DNA of 64,000 bases from Chiloscyllium plagiosum (taxonomy: Eukaryota), in the NCBI RefSeq assembly GCF_004010195.1, contig NC_057747.1:13712747-13776746 (forward strand), given 5' to 3'. Position numbers and translations under genes: made by a program. A model generated the notes under the pieces. The model made no database searches and was not told the origin of the DNA. It saw only the letters and a program-made list of their open reading frames with translations. Within the stretch, counting starts at the first letter, position 1, and each line of letters starts with the position of its first letter. Shown in pieces: positions 1 through 12,685 of the stretch.

Positions 1-435
1 AGTGACCATAATTCTATTCGTTTTAAAATAGTGATGGAAAAGGATGGACCAAATCTAAAAGTTGAAGTTCTAAATTGGAGAAAGGCCAATTTTGACGGTA
101 TTAGGTGAGAACTTTCAAAACTGATTGGGGGCAGTTGTTTGCAGGTAAAGTGATGACTGGAAAATGAGAAGCCTTCAGAAATGAGATAACGAGAGTCCAA
201 AGACAGTATATTCCTGTCAGTGAAAGGAAAGGCTGGTAGTGTAGGGAACACTGGATGACTAAAGAAATTGAAGGTTTGGTTAAGAAAAAGAAGGAAGCAT
301 ATGTCCGGTATAGGCAGGAGAGATCGCGAGAATCCTTAGAAGGAGGGCAAAAAGAGGACAGGATAGCTTTGGCAAATGTGATTAAGGATAATCCCAAGGG
401 TCTTATAAATACATTTAAGGACAAAAGGCTAACTA
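1..435 (+). mobile_element. CR1 LINE ORF2 fragment
   Basis: Translation MTKEIEGLVKKKKEAY...NPKG is the CR1 EN-RT linker. The stretch is closely similar to the reverse complement of about 12215-12680. Confidence 0.8.
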
Positions 436-764
436 GTGTTAAGTTCCCTTCTTGAGATTTTTACAAGCTTGACGCAACTTCAATGCGCCAACTTCTATGA
501 ACAGTTATGATTATTTAAGCAAATACAAGCTTTTGGAGGATCACTTGACACACTTCAATGCTTGTAGAACATGTCAAATGAGGCTTTCCGAGCAAGGGAA
601 CCGTCCTCCTTTTTTTACAGGGTTTTAAATCAGTCAGTCATGCACGCAAGACCAAACCCCTACCACTCCCCATTTTCACATGCCACCCAGAAACCACGTA
701 AACTGATGAGGTTATTCCTTAAACTGCAACATTTAGTGTGATTAAACTGTCACACTCTTCCCAA

Positions 765-786
765 CCCCCCCCCCCCCCCCCCCCCC
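765..786. repeat. Poly(C) tract
   Basis: About 22 consecutive C. Confidence 0.85.
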
Positions 787-789
787 ATA

Positions 790-2298
790 CCTTACTAGTT
801 TAAATCCTCCTAAGCAGCTCTAGTAAATTTCCCTGCCAATATATCAGTCCCCTTAATTTAGGTGCACTTCTACCCCAGAAGAGATTCCAAATATCCAAAA
901 AATATGAAGCCTTCTCCCATACTCCAGCTCTTCAGCCATGCATTCATCTGCTCTATCCTCCTATTCCTGCCCTCACTAGCTCGTAGCACCGGAAGTAATC
1001 CAGATATTACTACCCTTGAGGACCTCCTTTTTAAATTCCTGCCTAACTCTCTGTAATCTCCCTTCAGACTCTCAACCTTTTCCTTTCCAATGTCATTGGT
1101 TCCAATGTGGACAATGACCTCCTGCTGGCCCCTCTCCCCCATGAGAACATTCTGCATCCTCTGAGACATCCTTGATCCTGGCACCAGGGAAGCAACACAC
1201 CATTCTGCTTTTTCGCTGCTGGCCACAGAAACGTCTGTCTATACCTCAGACTAGAGAATCCCCTAACACAATTGATCTCTTTGAACCCGACGTGCCCCTC
1301 GTTGCATTAGAGCCAGTCTCAATACCAGAAACTTGGCTGTTTGTGCTACGTTCCCCTACGAATCCATCACCCCTACATTTTCCAAGCAGCATACTTGTTT
1401 GAAATGGGTATATCCACAAAAGACTCCTGAACTAGCTGCCTACCTCACTTACCTTTCCTGGAGTTAACCCATCTATGTGACTGTATCTGAGACTTCCCCC
1501 TTCCTTATAACTGCTATCCATCACATACTGTTGCTGTTGCAAATTCCTCATTGCTTCTAACTGTCTCTCCAACTGATCCATTCGATCTGATAATATTTGC
1601 AACCAACATCATTTATGGCAGATATAATCCAATGCAACGTTTAAACTCTCTTTAAACTCCCACATCTGATAAGAAGTGCATATCACTCTACTAAAGGCCA
1701 TTTTTACGTTTTTACAATCTACAGACCCAGAAAATAATATTGCTTATTCGTCTACAAACACTGCCCCAGTTTAAATTAATAGTTATGGCTTATATTTTAA
1801 GTTTAATCAAGAGACATATCTCCAAAAACATATAATCAAGAAAGAACCTAGTCTACTCACTACTGCAGACTTTCCGTAGGTCACACTTAAAACAATAATA
1901 CACTTATCTGCTTCTGTGCTGTGAACTTCACCCAACGGTTCCTCCAAAATCAGTTGTGAATTTCACTGTTTGTTAATTTTCCCAGACGCACTCTGATGTC
2001 CAGCGATATGTGAATTCAAACAGCAAAGGCAGTGTCAGTTTCTTTCTTTCTCTCTTTCTCTCCTGCACTGACCTAACCATGTGCTTCCTTTGTCTGTTCT
2101 TCTCCCTTTTAAAATTGCTGTTGTTTTGACTTTTTTTTTTTCCGAAGTTCCAAAACAATGCAACAGCATATAAAACAGTAATTGCTGCTCCTGGAATTCG
2201 AGGAAATCACCTCCAGCATCTAAAATACCTCAAAAAAGGAGCAGCTGTTACAGCCAAAATATTTTCCGGTCCTCCATCTTGGATTACCCAGAATCCTT
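790..2298 (-). mobile_element. CR1 LINE 5' part with ORF1 SGNH/GDSL esterase remnant
   Basis: The minus-strand ORF 870-1226 contains VIVHIGTNDIG...RVVISGLLP, typical of the esterase domain in CR1 ORF1. Boundaries are approximate. Confidence 0.72.
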
Positions 2299-3395
2299 TC
2301 TTTTCTCTGAGTGGAGAAGTGAAAAAAAAACATTCCAAGCAGGTAGCTAATCTTGTTTTCATTACAAATTAGCCTCTTGAAAGCAAAAGGGGAAAAAAAC
2401 GTTCAGGGATTCTGAAAGGGTAAATCCTTAACGTCAAGTTGAAAATAATGGTGTTCTCAACCCCATGTTGAGTTGAAAGGAACCAAAAGGAAATTGAAGG
2501 AAAACATCTCAACGATACCTGGAATCTGGTCTGGTACCAGATCTATATCTAACATCTTCCCCATCTGAAATATTTCTGTCTTGTGTGTGTGCAAGTGTGA
2601 ATGAAATGGCTGCTGCAATCACCAGAGGCTGAGGAATGATGAGTGACCCTGATCAAGTCATGACAGGGGTTTCACAGGGTGAGAGTCATGGGGAGTGGGG
2701 TTGGGACTGTTGGTAATGTGTCACGGTCGGCTCTCATCTGTCCCATCACCCCACCCTCGCTTCTTGATAGTGGGCCCCCTCAATCAGTCAGTGGGTACCT
2801 TTGATGAGGAAGTTTGCCAGGTATCACAGGCACCTTGCACAGTTTTTCCAGTTGTGCATGCCACATTCTGGGATGCCAACTTGCTACTGGATAAATACCA
2901 GCAGCAGTATAGCGATAAGGCCCTTACAGTGCTCATTAATTGTTGACTTAACGGTCCCATTTGGCAGTCATTGGGAATTCCGATGACAGGCTTTCCTGAT
3001 GCAAATTTCATTTTGATGGAAGTGGGAACTCACAGGGAAGCTGATTAAATCCCTGCCTCCAAACATGCCACCAGAATGCAGTTCCTTTCCCTAGCTCTGA
3101 GAGTACTTTGCACCAATGTTTTATAATAAGGGAAATACAAGCTTCTTGCTGAAAATTGTAGACTTCAATTTGACTTTCATTGTCTTCTCAGCGGTGTTTT
3201 ACTTTGGTACCTGTAAGATCGGTTGAGCTACTGAATTAAAATATATCATTGCTCAGCGGAATTGGTATGTGCACCTGCTCATACACATCACATCATCTGG
3301 AGGTGGTCCAAAAACTTGGCAGGGAGTGACTCCACACAGTCAACCGGGAGTAGTCGTTCAGAACCACAGAGGTAACTATTCAATCTGATATCGTA

Positions 3396-3562
3396 ATGTC
3401 AAAGGAGGCAACTCAATCCAGTGGCAATCCCAATTTTTCTATAAATTCCAGCCCAAATGCCAACACGCCCACAGTCATGGAGCTGGAGGAAATCTTACGT
3501 CAGAACAGGGTTCCACTCAGTCGTATTGACGAGGTCTGGCCTAACCTATACATAGGAGATAT
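3396..3562 (+). CDS. DUSP13A: Gene 1 (DUSP13A/MDSP-like dual-specificity phosphatase), coding exon 1
   Basis: ATG at 3396 translates to [55 protein letters not shown]. The ELEE.L and DEVWPNL.IGD motifs match human DUSP13A. The exon ends AT|gtaagt (phase 2). It is absent from the supplied ORF track. Confidence 0.88.
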
Positions 3563-4027
3563 GTAAGTACTCCTTCAAACAGCAGAACTACTGATGGCAA
3601 GGTCAGTAGCATTGATTCTACAAAAATATGTGAGGTGGGCAGGAGAAAGAAGTTAAAATCACTCCAGCTTGACAAGTCTTTCATTAAGCTGTTTGGTTGT
3701 ATTCTGGGGGAGGGGGGTGTCATTTAAGTTCTCTTGAGGTTTCTGAGTTCTCACTGTGGGGCTGACGTAATCTTGTAGTCAATTGTCCAATCCTCACACA
3801 AGCTTTTTATGAACTTTTAGTACAAGTATTGCGGGCTAAAACGGAATGCAAACAAAAGATTTTAACACTTCATCACTTCACATCAGCTCTGATGAAAAGT
3901 CATTCCAGCATGGAAACAGACCCTTTGGTCCAACTTATCCATGCAACCAGATATCCTGAATTAATCTCGTTCCATTTCCCAGCATTAGGCCCATATCCCT
4001 CTAAAGCCTTCCTCTTCGTATACCCAT

Positions 4028-4788
4028 TGTTACGACATGGAGGAGAACCCCTCTGTTACTTAAACCAAACACCCAGAAAAGCTCACCTTGTCTCATAATC
4101 TGTTAAAATATGAGTGACAGAGAACTCCTAAATTCCACTATTTAAAGAAAATAACATCAATTTATTCTTTAACCCTCAAAGTGAACATTAAACAACAACT
4201 ATTCACAACTTTAAGATGCCCTTTCTCTTAACTGCTTATTATCTGCTCCAACACTGTTCCAAAAAGAGATTTACTAAAATCACATCAATTTAATTTCAAA
4301 ATCACACAGCAGCTATTGTCTGCGGTGTCTTTCTTCTTCCGGCTGAAGATCTCCCTGGGTCATCTGCTTTCATTTTACTGCGAATATGTTTCATACGAAA
4401 ACGTGCCTTTGATAGAGAGTGTTCCCTAAATTCATGGGTCTCTCTCGATGGCAGTTGCTCTGTCTCTAGTTTTCAAAATGCCTGCATTTTTATATCCCTA
4501 ATGTCAGATCGTCTCATTGGTTCAATGTTGGCAAAACAATACATTCAAATTTGATTGGGTTTGAGTATCCTAGGGCATAATTTAAACTGATTGGTTAAAT
4601 TTGAACTGTTGTCAAAACAGCAACTAACTCAAGTATCCATTTCACAGACAAATGTTACATATTTTCAATTTTCCAATACATTCTGTGACTGCCATCTAGT
4701 CATATCACACAGGCGCTTGTAACCTCTCAGTTGAGAACAGTGTTTACGTTCTCTTAAAGGTACAGTACATACCTTCAACTTCATTACA
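4028..4788. mobile_element. Solo LTR (761 bp)
   Basis: Termini TGTTA...TTACA with an exact 5-bp TSD CCCAT at 4023-4027 and 4789-4793. The host CR1 sequence is continuous across it. Confidence 0.8.
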
Positions 4789-5189
4789 CCCATCCAGGTG
4801 CCATTTAACTGTAATTGTACCAGCCTCTACCACTTCCTCTGTCAGCTCATTCTATACATGCTCCACCCTCTGCATGAAAATGTTGCCTCTTAGATCTCTT
4901 TTAAATCTTTGCCCTCTCAATTTAAACCTATACCCTCTAGTTTTAGATTCCCCATAATGGGGAAAAGACCTTTTCTATTTACCCTGTCCATCCTCCTCAT
5001 GATTTTATAAACTTTTATAAGGCCACCTCTCAGCCTCCGATGCTCCAGGGAAAAAAGCCCCAGCCTATTCAGTCTCTTCCATAGCTCAAATCCTCTAATC
5101 CTGGCAACATGCTTGTAAATCTTTTCTGAACCCTTTCAAGTTTCATAACATCCTTCCTATAACAGATAGACAAGAATTGCATGCAGAAA

Positions 5190-7345
5190 ATGCACCCAGG
5201 AAAATGCATGACAGAAATGTAGAGGTTATTTAGGGAGTGCTGGCTGATGGTGCTGGATAGATTTGTCGAACTGAGGCAAGGAAGGGGTGGTCTGATGAAG
5301 GAATATTGGGTGACAAGGGGAAGAATGAAGCTTACTTAAGTTTGAGGAGGCAAGGATCAGACAGGGCTCTAGAGGATTACATGGTAGCCTGGAAGGAACC
5401 GAAAAATGTACTTAGGAGAGCTAGAAGGGGCATGAAAAGCTTTAGAGGGTAGGATTAAGAAAAATCCTAAGGCATTCTGTACTTATGTAAGGAACAAGAG
5501 GATGGCCAGAGTGGGAATAGGGCCAATCAGGTATAGTGGAGGGAATTTGTGCTTGACGTCAGAGGAGATAGGGAAGGTCCTCAATGAATACATTGCTTCA
5601 GTACTCACTACTGAGAGGGACCTTTTCATTTGTGAGGACAGAAGAAACAGGCTGTTACGCTCAGACAGGTTGATGATAAAAAAGAGGATGTGCTAAAAAA
5701 TTTGAAAAACCTAAGGATAGATAAGTCCCCTGAGACAGATGGGATATACCCAAGGTTTGCAGAGGAAGTCATGGAAGAGTTTGCTGCACCTTTGGCAATG
5801 ATCTTTGCATCCCCACTGTTCACTGGAGTAGGCCAGATGTTGGAAGGTGGCAAATGTTATTCCATAAAGAAAGGCATAGGGATAATCCTGGGAATTATAG
5901 AATAGTCAGTCTTACATCTGTGTTGGGCAAATTATTGGAGAGGATTCTGAAAGAGAGGATTTATAATTAGTTGGAAAACCATAGTTTGATTAGAGATAAT
6001 CAGCATGGCTTTGTGAAGAGCAGGTCATGCCTCACAAGCATTGTTGAATGATTTGAGGATGTGACATAACACATTAATGAAGGTAGAGAAGTGAATGTGG
6101 TGTACATGGATTGTAGCAAGGCGTTTAATAAGGTTCCGAATTGAGAGTGTGGTGCTGGAAAAGCACAGCAGGTCAGGCAGCATCCAAGGAGCAGGAGAAT
6201 CAACGTTTCGGGCATAAGCCCTTCATCAGGAATGCCCGAAATGTCAACTCTCCCCTCCTCGGATGCTGCCTGACCTGCTGTGCTTTTCCAGCACCACACT
6301 CTCAACTCTGATCTCCAGCATTTGCAGTCGTCACTTTCTTCTAGTTTGATAATGTTCCCTGGTACACTCATTCAGAAAGTAAGGAGGCACAGGATACAGG
6401 CAAAGCTGGCTGTCTGGAAACAGAGTTGTCTGGCCCATAGAAGACAAAGGGTGGTAGTGGATGGAAAGTATTCAGCCTGGAGCTCAGTGACCATGGTTTT
6501 CTACAGGAGTCTGTTCTGGGACCTCTGATGTCTGTGATTTTTATAAATGACTTGGATGAGGAAGTGAAAAGGTGGTTTAGTAAGTTTGCTGATAACATGA
6601 AGGTTGGTTGAGTGGTGGATAGTGTGGAGGGCTGTTGTAGGTTGTAGGATGTAGAACTGGGCTGATAAGTGGCTAATGGAGTTCACCTGGAAAAGTGTGA
6701 AATGATTCATTTCGGAAGGTCGAATTTGAATGCTAAATACAGGGTTAAAGGCACTTGCTGTGTGGAGTAACTGAGAGATCTTGGGGTCCATGTCCATAGA
6801 ATCCCCAAAGTTGCCACCCACGTTGATAGGGTTGTTAAGAAGGCATGTAGTGTGTTGGCTTTCATTAGCAGTGGGATTGAGTTAAAGAGTCGTGGGGTTA
6901 TGGACTGGAGGGCATTTCTTATGAAGAAATGTTGAGGGAGCTAAGGCTTTACTCATTGGAGCGAAGAAGGATGAGAGATGACTTGATTGAGGTGTACAAT
7001 ATGATGAAAGGCTTAGACAGAATGAATAGTCAGAGACTTTTTTCCTGAGGGGAAATGATCATCACAATGAGGCATAATTTTAAGGTAATTGGAGGAAGGT
7101 TTAGGGAGATGTCAGAGGTCAGTTCTTTACACAGAGAGTGGTAGGTGCGTGGAATGCATTGCCAGCGGTGGTAGTAGAGACAGCTATATTAGGGACAGTT
7201 AAGTGATTCCTGGAAAGGCACATAGATGATAGTAAATTGAAGAGTATCTAGGTTAGTTTGATCTTAGAGTAGGATAAAAGGTCGGCACAACATCAATGAC
7301 CGAAGGGCCTGTACTGTGCTGTACTGTTCTATGTTCTATGTTCTA
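5190..7345 (+). mobile_element. 5'-truncated CR1 LINE (ORF2 and tail)
   Basis: KSPxxDGIYPR and QHGF motifs plus a KFADN variant; 3' end with a (gttctat)n tail; many stops. Confidence 0.85.
6140..6340. mobile_element. Palindromic Penelope terminal-repeat-derived insertion (family A) with a minus-strand hammerhead core at 6198-6233
   Basis: Inverted arms. The minus strand reads ATTC CTGATGA A GGGC TTAT GCCC GAAAC GTT GATT. Confidence 0.75.
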
Positions 7346-9856
7346 GTATTCCAAAAGTGGCCTACCCAATGTCCTGTATGCCATAATATGACATCCCAAC
7401 TCCTATACTCAATGCACTGACCAATAAATACAAGCATACCAAACCCCTTCTTCACTATCCTATCTACCTGTGATTCCGTTTTCAAAGAACTATGAACCTG
7501 CACTCCAAGGTCTCTTTGTTCAGCAACATCCAGCACCTTACCATTAAGTGTGTAAGTCTGCCCTGATTTGCCTTTCTAAAATGCAGCACCTCACATTTAC
7601 TTGAATTAAACTCCATCTGCCACTCTTCAGCCCATCTGATCAAGATCCCATTGTACTTTGAGGTAACCTTCTTTGCTATCCACTACACCTCCAATTTTGG
7701 TGTTATCTGCAAACTTACTAACCATGCCTCCTATATTCACATCCAAATCATTTCTATAAATGACAAAAAGCAATGGACCCAGCACCAATTCTTGTGACAC
7801 ACCGCTGGTCATAGCCTCCACTTTGCAGAGCAACCCTCCACCACCACCCTCTGTCTTCCAACTCCAAGCCAATTCTGTGTTCAAATAGCTAGTTCTCCCT
7901 ATATTTCATGTGATCTAACTCTGCTAACCAGTCTACCATGAGGAACCTTGTCGAATGCCTTACTGAAGTCCATATAGATCACATCCACCTCTCTGCCCTC
8001 ATCAATCCTCTTTGCTACTTCTTGAAAATACTCAATCAAGCTCATGAGACACAATTTTCCATACACAAAGCCATGTTGCCTTTCCTTAATCAGTTCTTGC
8101 CTTTCCAAATACATGTAAATCATTTCCCTCAGGATTCCCTCCTACAACCTGCCTATCACTGATGTCATCCAGACTCAAAATGTTAGCTTGCTCTCTCTCC
8201 ATGGATGCTGCCTGACCCATTGTGATTTCCAGCATTTTTTTGGTTTCAGTACAGATTCCAGCATCTGCTGTAATTTGATCCTAAAAGATTTTAAGATCCG
8301 TTTCTGTTCAGCTTAATGTGATAGCCAGAGTGGCTTTCCATAGGGGGCCCCAGTTACAAGGCAATCATTTTCCTGCCAACATTTTAACATCACATGGTCT
8401 GCAGAGTACCTCAGCTGCTGGTTCAATCAATGCATTCAAAATCAGAGATGGCAAGAATGGAACAAGGAGTGAAACCTTCCCATTTTACCTACCCAGCAAA
8501 TCCCTTCCCACTAGCAGGGCAAGTTAAACACCCTTTCACCCCACCTACAGAAACAGAAGATCAGCTGAAGCTGGTAGGATGAAGGAAGAAAAAAGATGAG
8601 GTGAGGATGTGACCAAACATTTTTGTATAACTTTCAACGTTATCTGTGTGCTTCAATGGAGTTATGTTTCAGGATTTTTTTTTTCTTAACCAGGAGTCTG
8701 AGAGATAAGTTGATCAATGATTCCCCGAGGTTCCTCAAGTAATTACTAGCATGTTGTTAGAATTAATGTATGTCAAAAAGAGTAAGGGAACACAGGCTAC
8801 GAAAGTAACAATAAATACAACGACAGATGGGAAGTGTCTGGTTTGCTGCTTAACCAATGAACCACAACCTGCAAACTTATGTTTCAACAAAGTAGCAGTA
8901 CCATGGGTTATAGAGAGCTGAAACATTACACTAAACACTTTGAATCATATATTGGGCATGAGAACAAACTAGGACAGTTGTTTTAGCTCCAAGACTTGAA
9001 TTGATTCAAACCAGACTGATGTGTTGATAGCTTGACACTTTTAAAATGGTTCCCTTTTGGATGTGGAGACTTTAAAACCAGTTGACATTCCTTCAAAGAG
9101 TCTGCAAAAATGATGATACAGAAATATACAGTTATTGCAGCACAGAAAGATACCATTGGGACCATCTAGTCTATGCAAGCTTTCCATACAACAATCCAGT
9201 AGGTTCCATTCCTCATTCCATCCCTGTAGCGAATTCCCTGGAGGTGTATTCCCTTCAAGAGCCCATCCAACTTCCTTTTATAATCATTTGTCATCTCTGC
9301 TCATGGATCGCAAGTTCCAGGCTATTACACTGACTGAGTAAAAAGAGTTTTTCCTTACCTCCCTCCCCACACAAAACATTTAACCTGTAACCCATTGTCC
9401 TTGCATCACCATTGCAGGAATGGTCTTCCTTATCTACCTTATCTAAGCCTGTAATCATCTCTGGACACCATTGTCAAAGAACTTGTCAATCTCTTGTGCA
9501 CCACAATCTCACCTTCTCTAATCTAACCTCCATTCAAGCTAAAACCTCTCACTGTAAAGTCATTCTGGTAAATCTCCACTTCATCCTTAGAAAAATCCTG
9601 AGGTACACAAAAGAATATTTTGTATTGTGGTCTAGTGAGAGTAAAAGGAATATTATTTTTGGAAATACCATACCTGCCTGTTTGATGCTGACACTATTGT
9701 GTCAAAATTGGGAAAACTGAACCATTTTCATAAGTGGCTTCCCTCACCTTGACAAGTATAATTCTTCACTGACTGTACAGGAAAGGATACTCTAATAACA
9801 TTGTAAACATGTTTGTGCATTCTTGAAGTATTTTCTAATATCTCTTGCTTCATTAG

Positions 9857-10074
9857 GACAATAGCTCATGACAGATTTCGCCTTTGGAAGTTGGGTATCA
9901 CTCATGTGTTAAACACTGCACACAAACAGGTTGCGTCCAGTGGATGCCAAGATTTCTATGGTACCAGTATGGATTATTATGGTATAGCTGCTCGTGACGT
10001 ACCAAATTTTGACATTGCTGCCTATTTCTATTCTGCAAGTGACTATATACACAAGGCACTGGATATATTGGGAG
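9857..10074 (+). CDS. DUSP13A: Gene 1 DUSP13A-like, coding exon 2
   Basis: Acceptor cttcattag|G and donor GGAG|gtaaga; 218 bp. Encodes TIAHDRFRLWKLGITHVLNTAHK...DFYG...AARDVPNFDIAAYFYSASDYIHKALD. RFxLWKLGITHVLN and DxPxFDIxAYF match DUSP13A, and the general-acid Asp is retained. Confidence 0.92.
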
Positions 10075-10218
10075 GTAAGAGACCATTCTCACATGTCAAA
10101 TAGTCCTAAAAGCTGTCTTAATTCTGAATTACATTACAAAGATAAAAGAGATGCTGTGGATAATGTTCTTCAGTAATTCAGCCAATTAAGTTACTCGAGT
10201 CACAGAATTCATAGAGAT

Positions 10219-10445
10219 AAGGTAAAAACAATGACTGCAGATGCTGGAAACCAGATTCTAGATTAGAATAGTGCTGGAAAAGCACAGCAGTTCAGGCAGC
10301 ATCTAAGGAGCAGCAAATCGACATTTCAGGCAAAAGGCCTTCATCAGGAATCCTGATGAAGGGCTTTTGCCCGAAACGTCAATTTTGCTGCTCCTCGGAT
10401 GCTGCCTGAACTGCTGTGCTTTTCCAGCACCACTCTAATCTAGAG
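10219..10445. mobile_element. Palindromic Penelope-derived insertion (family A)
   Basis: About 95-bp inverted arms centred on caggaatcctg, flanked by ttcatagagat at 10208-10218 and 10446-10456. Confidence 0.8.
10349..10384 (+). ncRNA. Minimal type I hammerhead ribozyme motif
   Basis: AATC-CTGATGA-A-GGGC(TTTT)GCCC-GAAAC-GTC-AATT: conserved core, 4-bp stem II, palindromic ACGU stem III and a GUC cleavage triplet. Confidence 0.7.
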
Positions 10446-12685
10446 TTCATAGAGATGTACAGCATGGAAACAGACCCTTCAGTCCAACTCGTCCATGCTG
10501 ACCAGATATCCCAGCCTAATCTAGTCCCAGTTGCCAGCACCCAGCCCATATCCCTCCAAACCCTTCCTATGCATTAACCAATCCAAATGCCTCTTAAGTA
10601 TTGCAGTTGTATTAACCTCCACCACTTCCTCTGGTAGCTCATTCCATAAACGTACCACCCTCTGCTTGAAAAGGTTGCATCTTAGGTCTCTTTTATATCT
10701 TTCCCCTCTCACCCTAAACCTATGCCCTCTAGTTCTGGACTCCCCCACACCAGGGAAAAGACTTGTCTATTTACTCTATCCGTGCCCCTTATGATTTTAT
10801 AAACCTCTATAAGGTCACCTCTCAGCCTCCAATGCTCCAGGGAAAACAGCCCCAGCCTATTCAACCTTTCCCTATAGCTCAAATACTCCAACCCTGGCAA
10901 TATCCATGTAAATCTTCTCTGAACCCTTTCAAGTTTCACAACATCCTTCCGATAGGAAGGAGACCAGAATTGCAAGCAATATTCCAAAAGTGGCCTAACC
11001 AGTGTCCTGTAGAGCTGCAACATGAACTCGCAACTCCTGTACTCAATACTCTGACCAATAAAGGAAAGCATACCAAACGCCTTCTTCACTATCCTATCTA
11101 CCTGCGATTCCACTTTCAAGAAGCTATGAACCTGCACTTCAAGGTCTCTTTGTTCAGCAACACTTCCCAGGACCTTACCATTAAGTGTATAAGTCCTGCT
11201 AAGATTTGCTTTCCCAAAATGCCTCACACCTCGCATTTATATAAATTAAACTCCATCTGCCACTCCTCAGCCCATTGGTCCATCTGATCAAGATCCCATT
11301 GTAATCTGAGGTAACCTTCTTCCCTGTCTACTCCACCTCCAACTTTGGTGTTATCTGCAAACTTACTAACTATACCTCTTATGCTCACATCCAAATCATT
11401 TACATCAATGATGAAAAGTAGTAGACCCAGCACTGATCCTTGTGGCACTCCACTGGTCACAGGTCTCCAGTCTGAAAAACAACCCTCCACCAGCACCTTC
11501 TGTCTTCTATCTTTGAGCCAGCTCTGTATCCAAATGGCTAGTTCTCCCTGTCTTCTGTAAGATCTAACCTGGCTAATCGGTCTCCCTTAAGGAACCTTGT
11601 CGAATGCCTTACTGAAGTCCATATAGAACATATCTAGCGCTCTGTCCTCATCAATCCTCTTTGTTACTTTCTCAAAAAACTTGATCAAGATTTTTTGGAC
11701 ATGATTTCCCAAACACAAAGCCATGTTGACTATCCCTAATCAGTCCTTGCCTTTCCAAAACGTGCACATCCTTTCCCTCAGGATTCCATCCAACAACTTG
11801 CCCACCACCAACATCAGGCTCGCTGGTCTATAGTTCTCTGACTTGTCCTTACCACCTTTCTTAAATAGTGGCACCATGTTAGCCAACCTCCAGTCTTCTG
11901 GCACCTCACCTGTGACTTTCGATAATAGAGGCAAGAGGTCCTGCAATCACTCCTCTAGCTTCCCACAGAGTTCTAGGTCACACCTGATCAAGTCCTGGGG
12001 ACCTATTCACTTTAATGCATTTCAAGACATCTAGCACCTCCTTCTCTGTAATATGGACATTTTCAAGATGTCACTATCTATTTCCCTCCATTCTATATCT
12101 TCCATGTCCTTCTCCACAGTAAACATTGATGCAAAATACTCATTTAGTATCGCCCCCATTTTCTGTGGCTCCACACAAAGGCCATCTTGCTGATCTTTGA
12201 GGTGTCCTATTTGCTCCCTAGTTACCCTTTTGTCCTTAATGTATTTGTAAAATCCTTTTGGATTCTCCTCAACCCTATTTGCCAAAGCTATCTCGCATCC
12301 CCTTTTTGCCCTCCTGATTTCCCTCTTAAGTATACTCCTACTGCCTTTATACTCTTCTAAGGATTCACTCAATCTCTCCTGTCTGTACCTGATATATGTT
12401 TTCTTCTTTTTCTTAACCAAACCCTCAATTTCTTTAGTCATCCAGCATTCCCGATACGTACCAGCTTTCCCTTTCATCTTGACAGGAATATACTTTCTCT
12501 GGATTCACGTTATCTCATTTTTGGAGGCTTCCCATTATCCAGCCGTTCCTTTACCTGTGAACATCTGCCCAATCAGCTTTCGAAAGTTCTTGCCTAATAC
12601 CACCAAAATTAGCCTTCCTCCAATTTAGAACTTCAACTTTTAAATCTGGTCTATCCTTTTCCATCACTATTTTAAAACTAGTTGA
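10446..12685 (-). mobile_element. CR1 LINE ORF2 and 3' end (about 2.2 kb)
   Basis: SGVPQGSVLG, KFADNTK, LEYCLQFWSP and ERVQRRFT motifs, with frameshifts. Confidence 0.9.

Larger units (their letters stand above)
3905..8165 (-). mobile_element. CR1 LINE 3' portion, split by a solo LTR and a plus-strand CR1
   Basis: RT motifs (QHGF...DFSKAFDKVPH, KFADNTK) on the minus strand. The sequence ...gaattgcatgca (about 5185) resumes at gtattccaaaagtggcc (about 7346). Confidence 0.8.

Noticed and set aside
437-753. Possible solo LTR (TGT...ACA)
   Set aside because: No convincing TSD could be identified, so it was left unannotated.
870-1226. Host SGNH esterase gene
   Set aside because: It is a frameshifted CR1 ORF1 remnant embedded in CR1 sequence.
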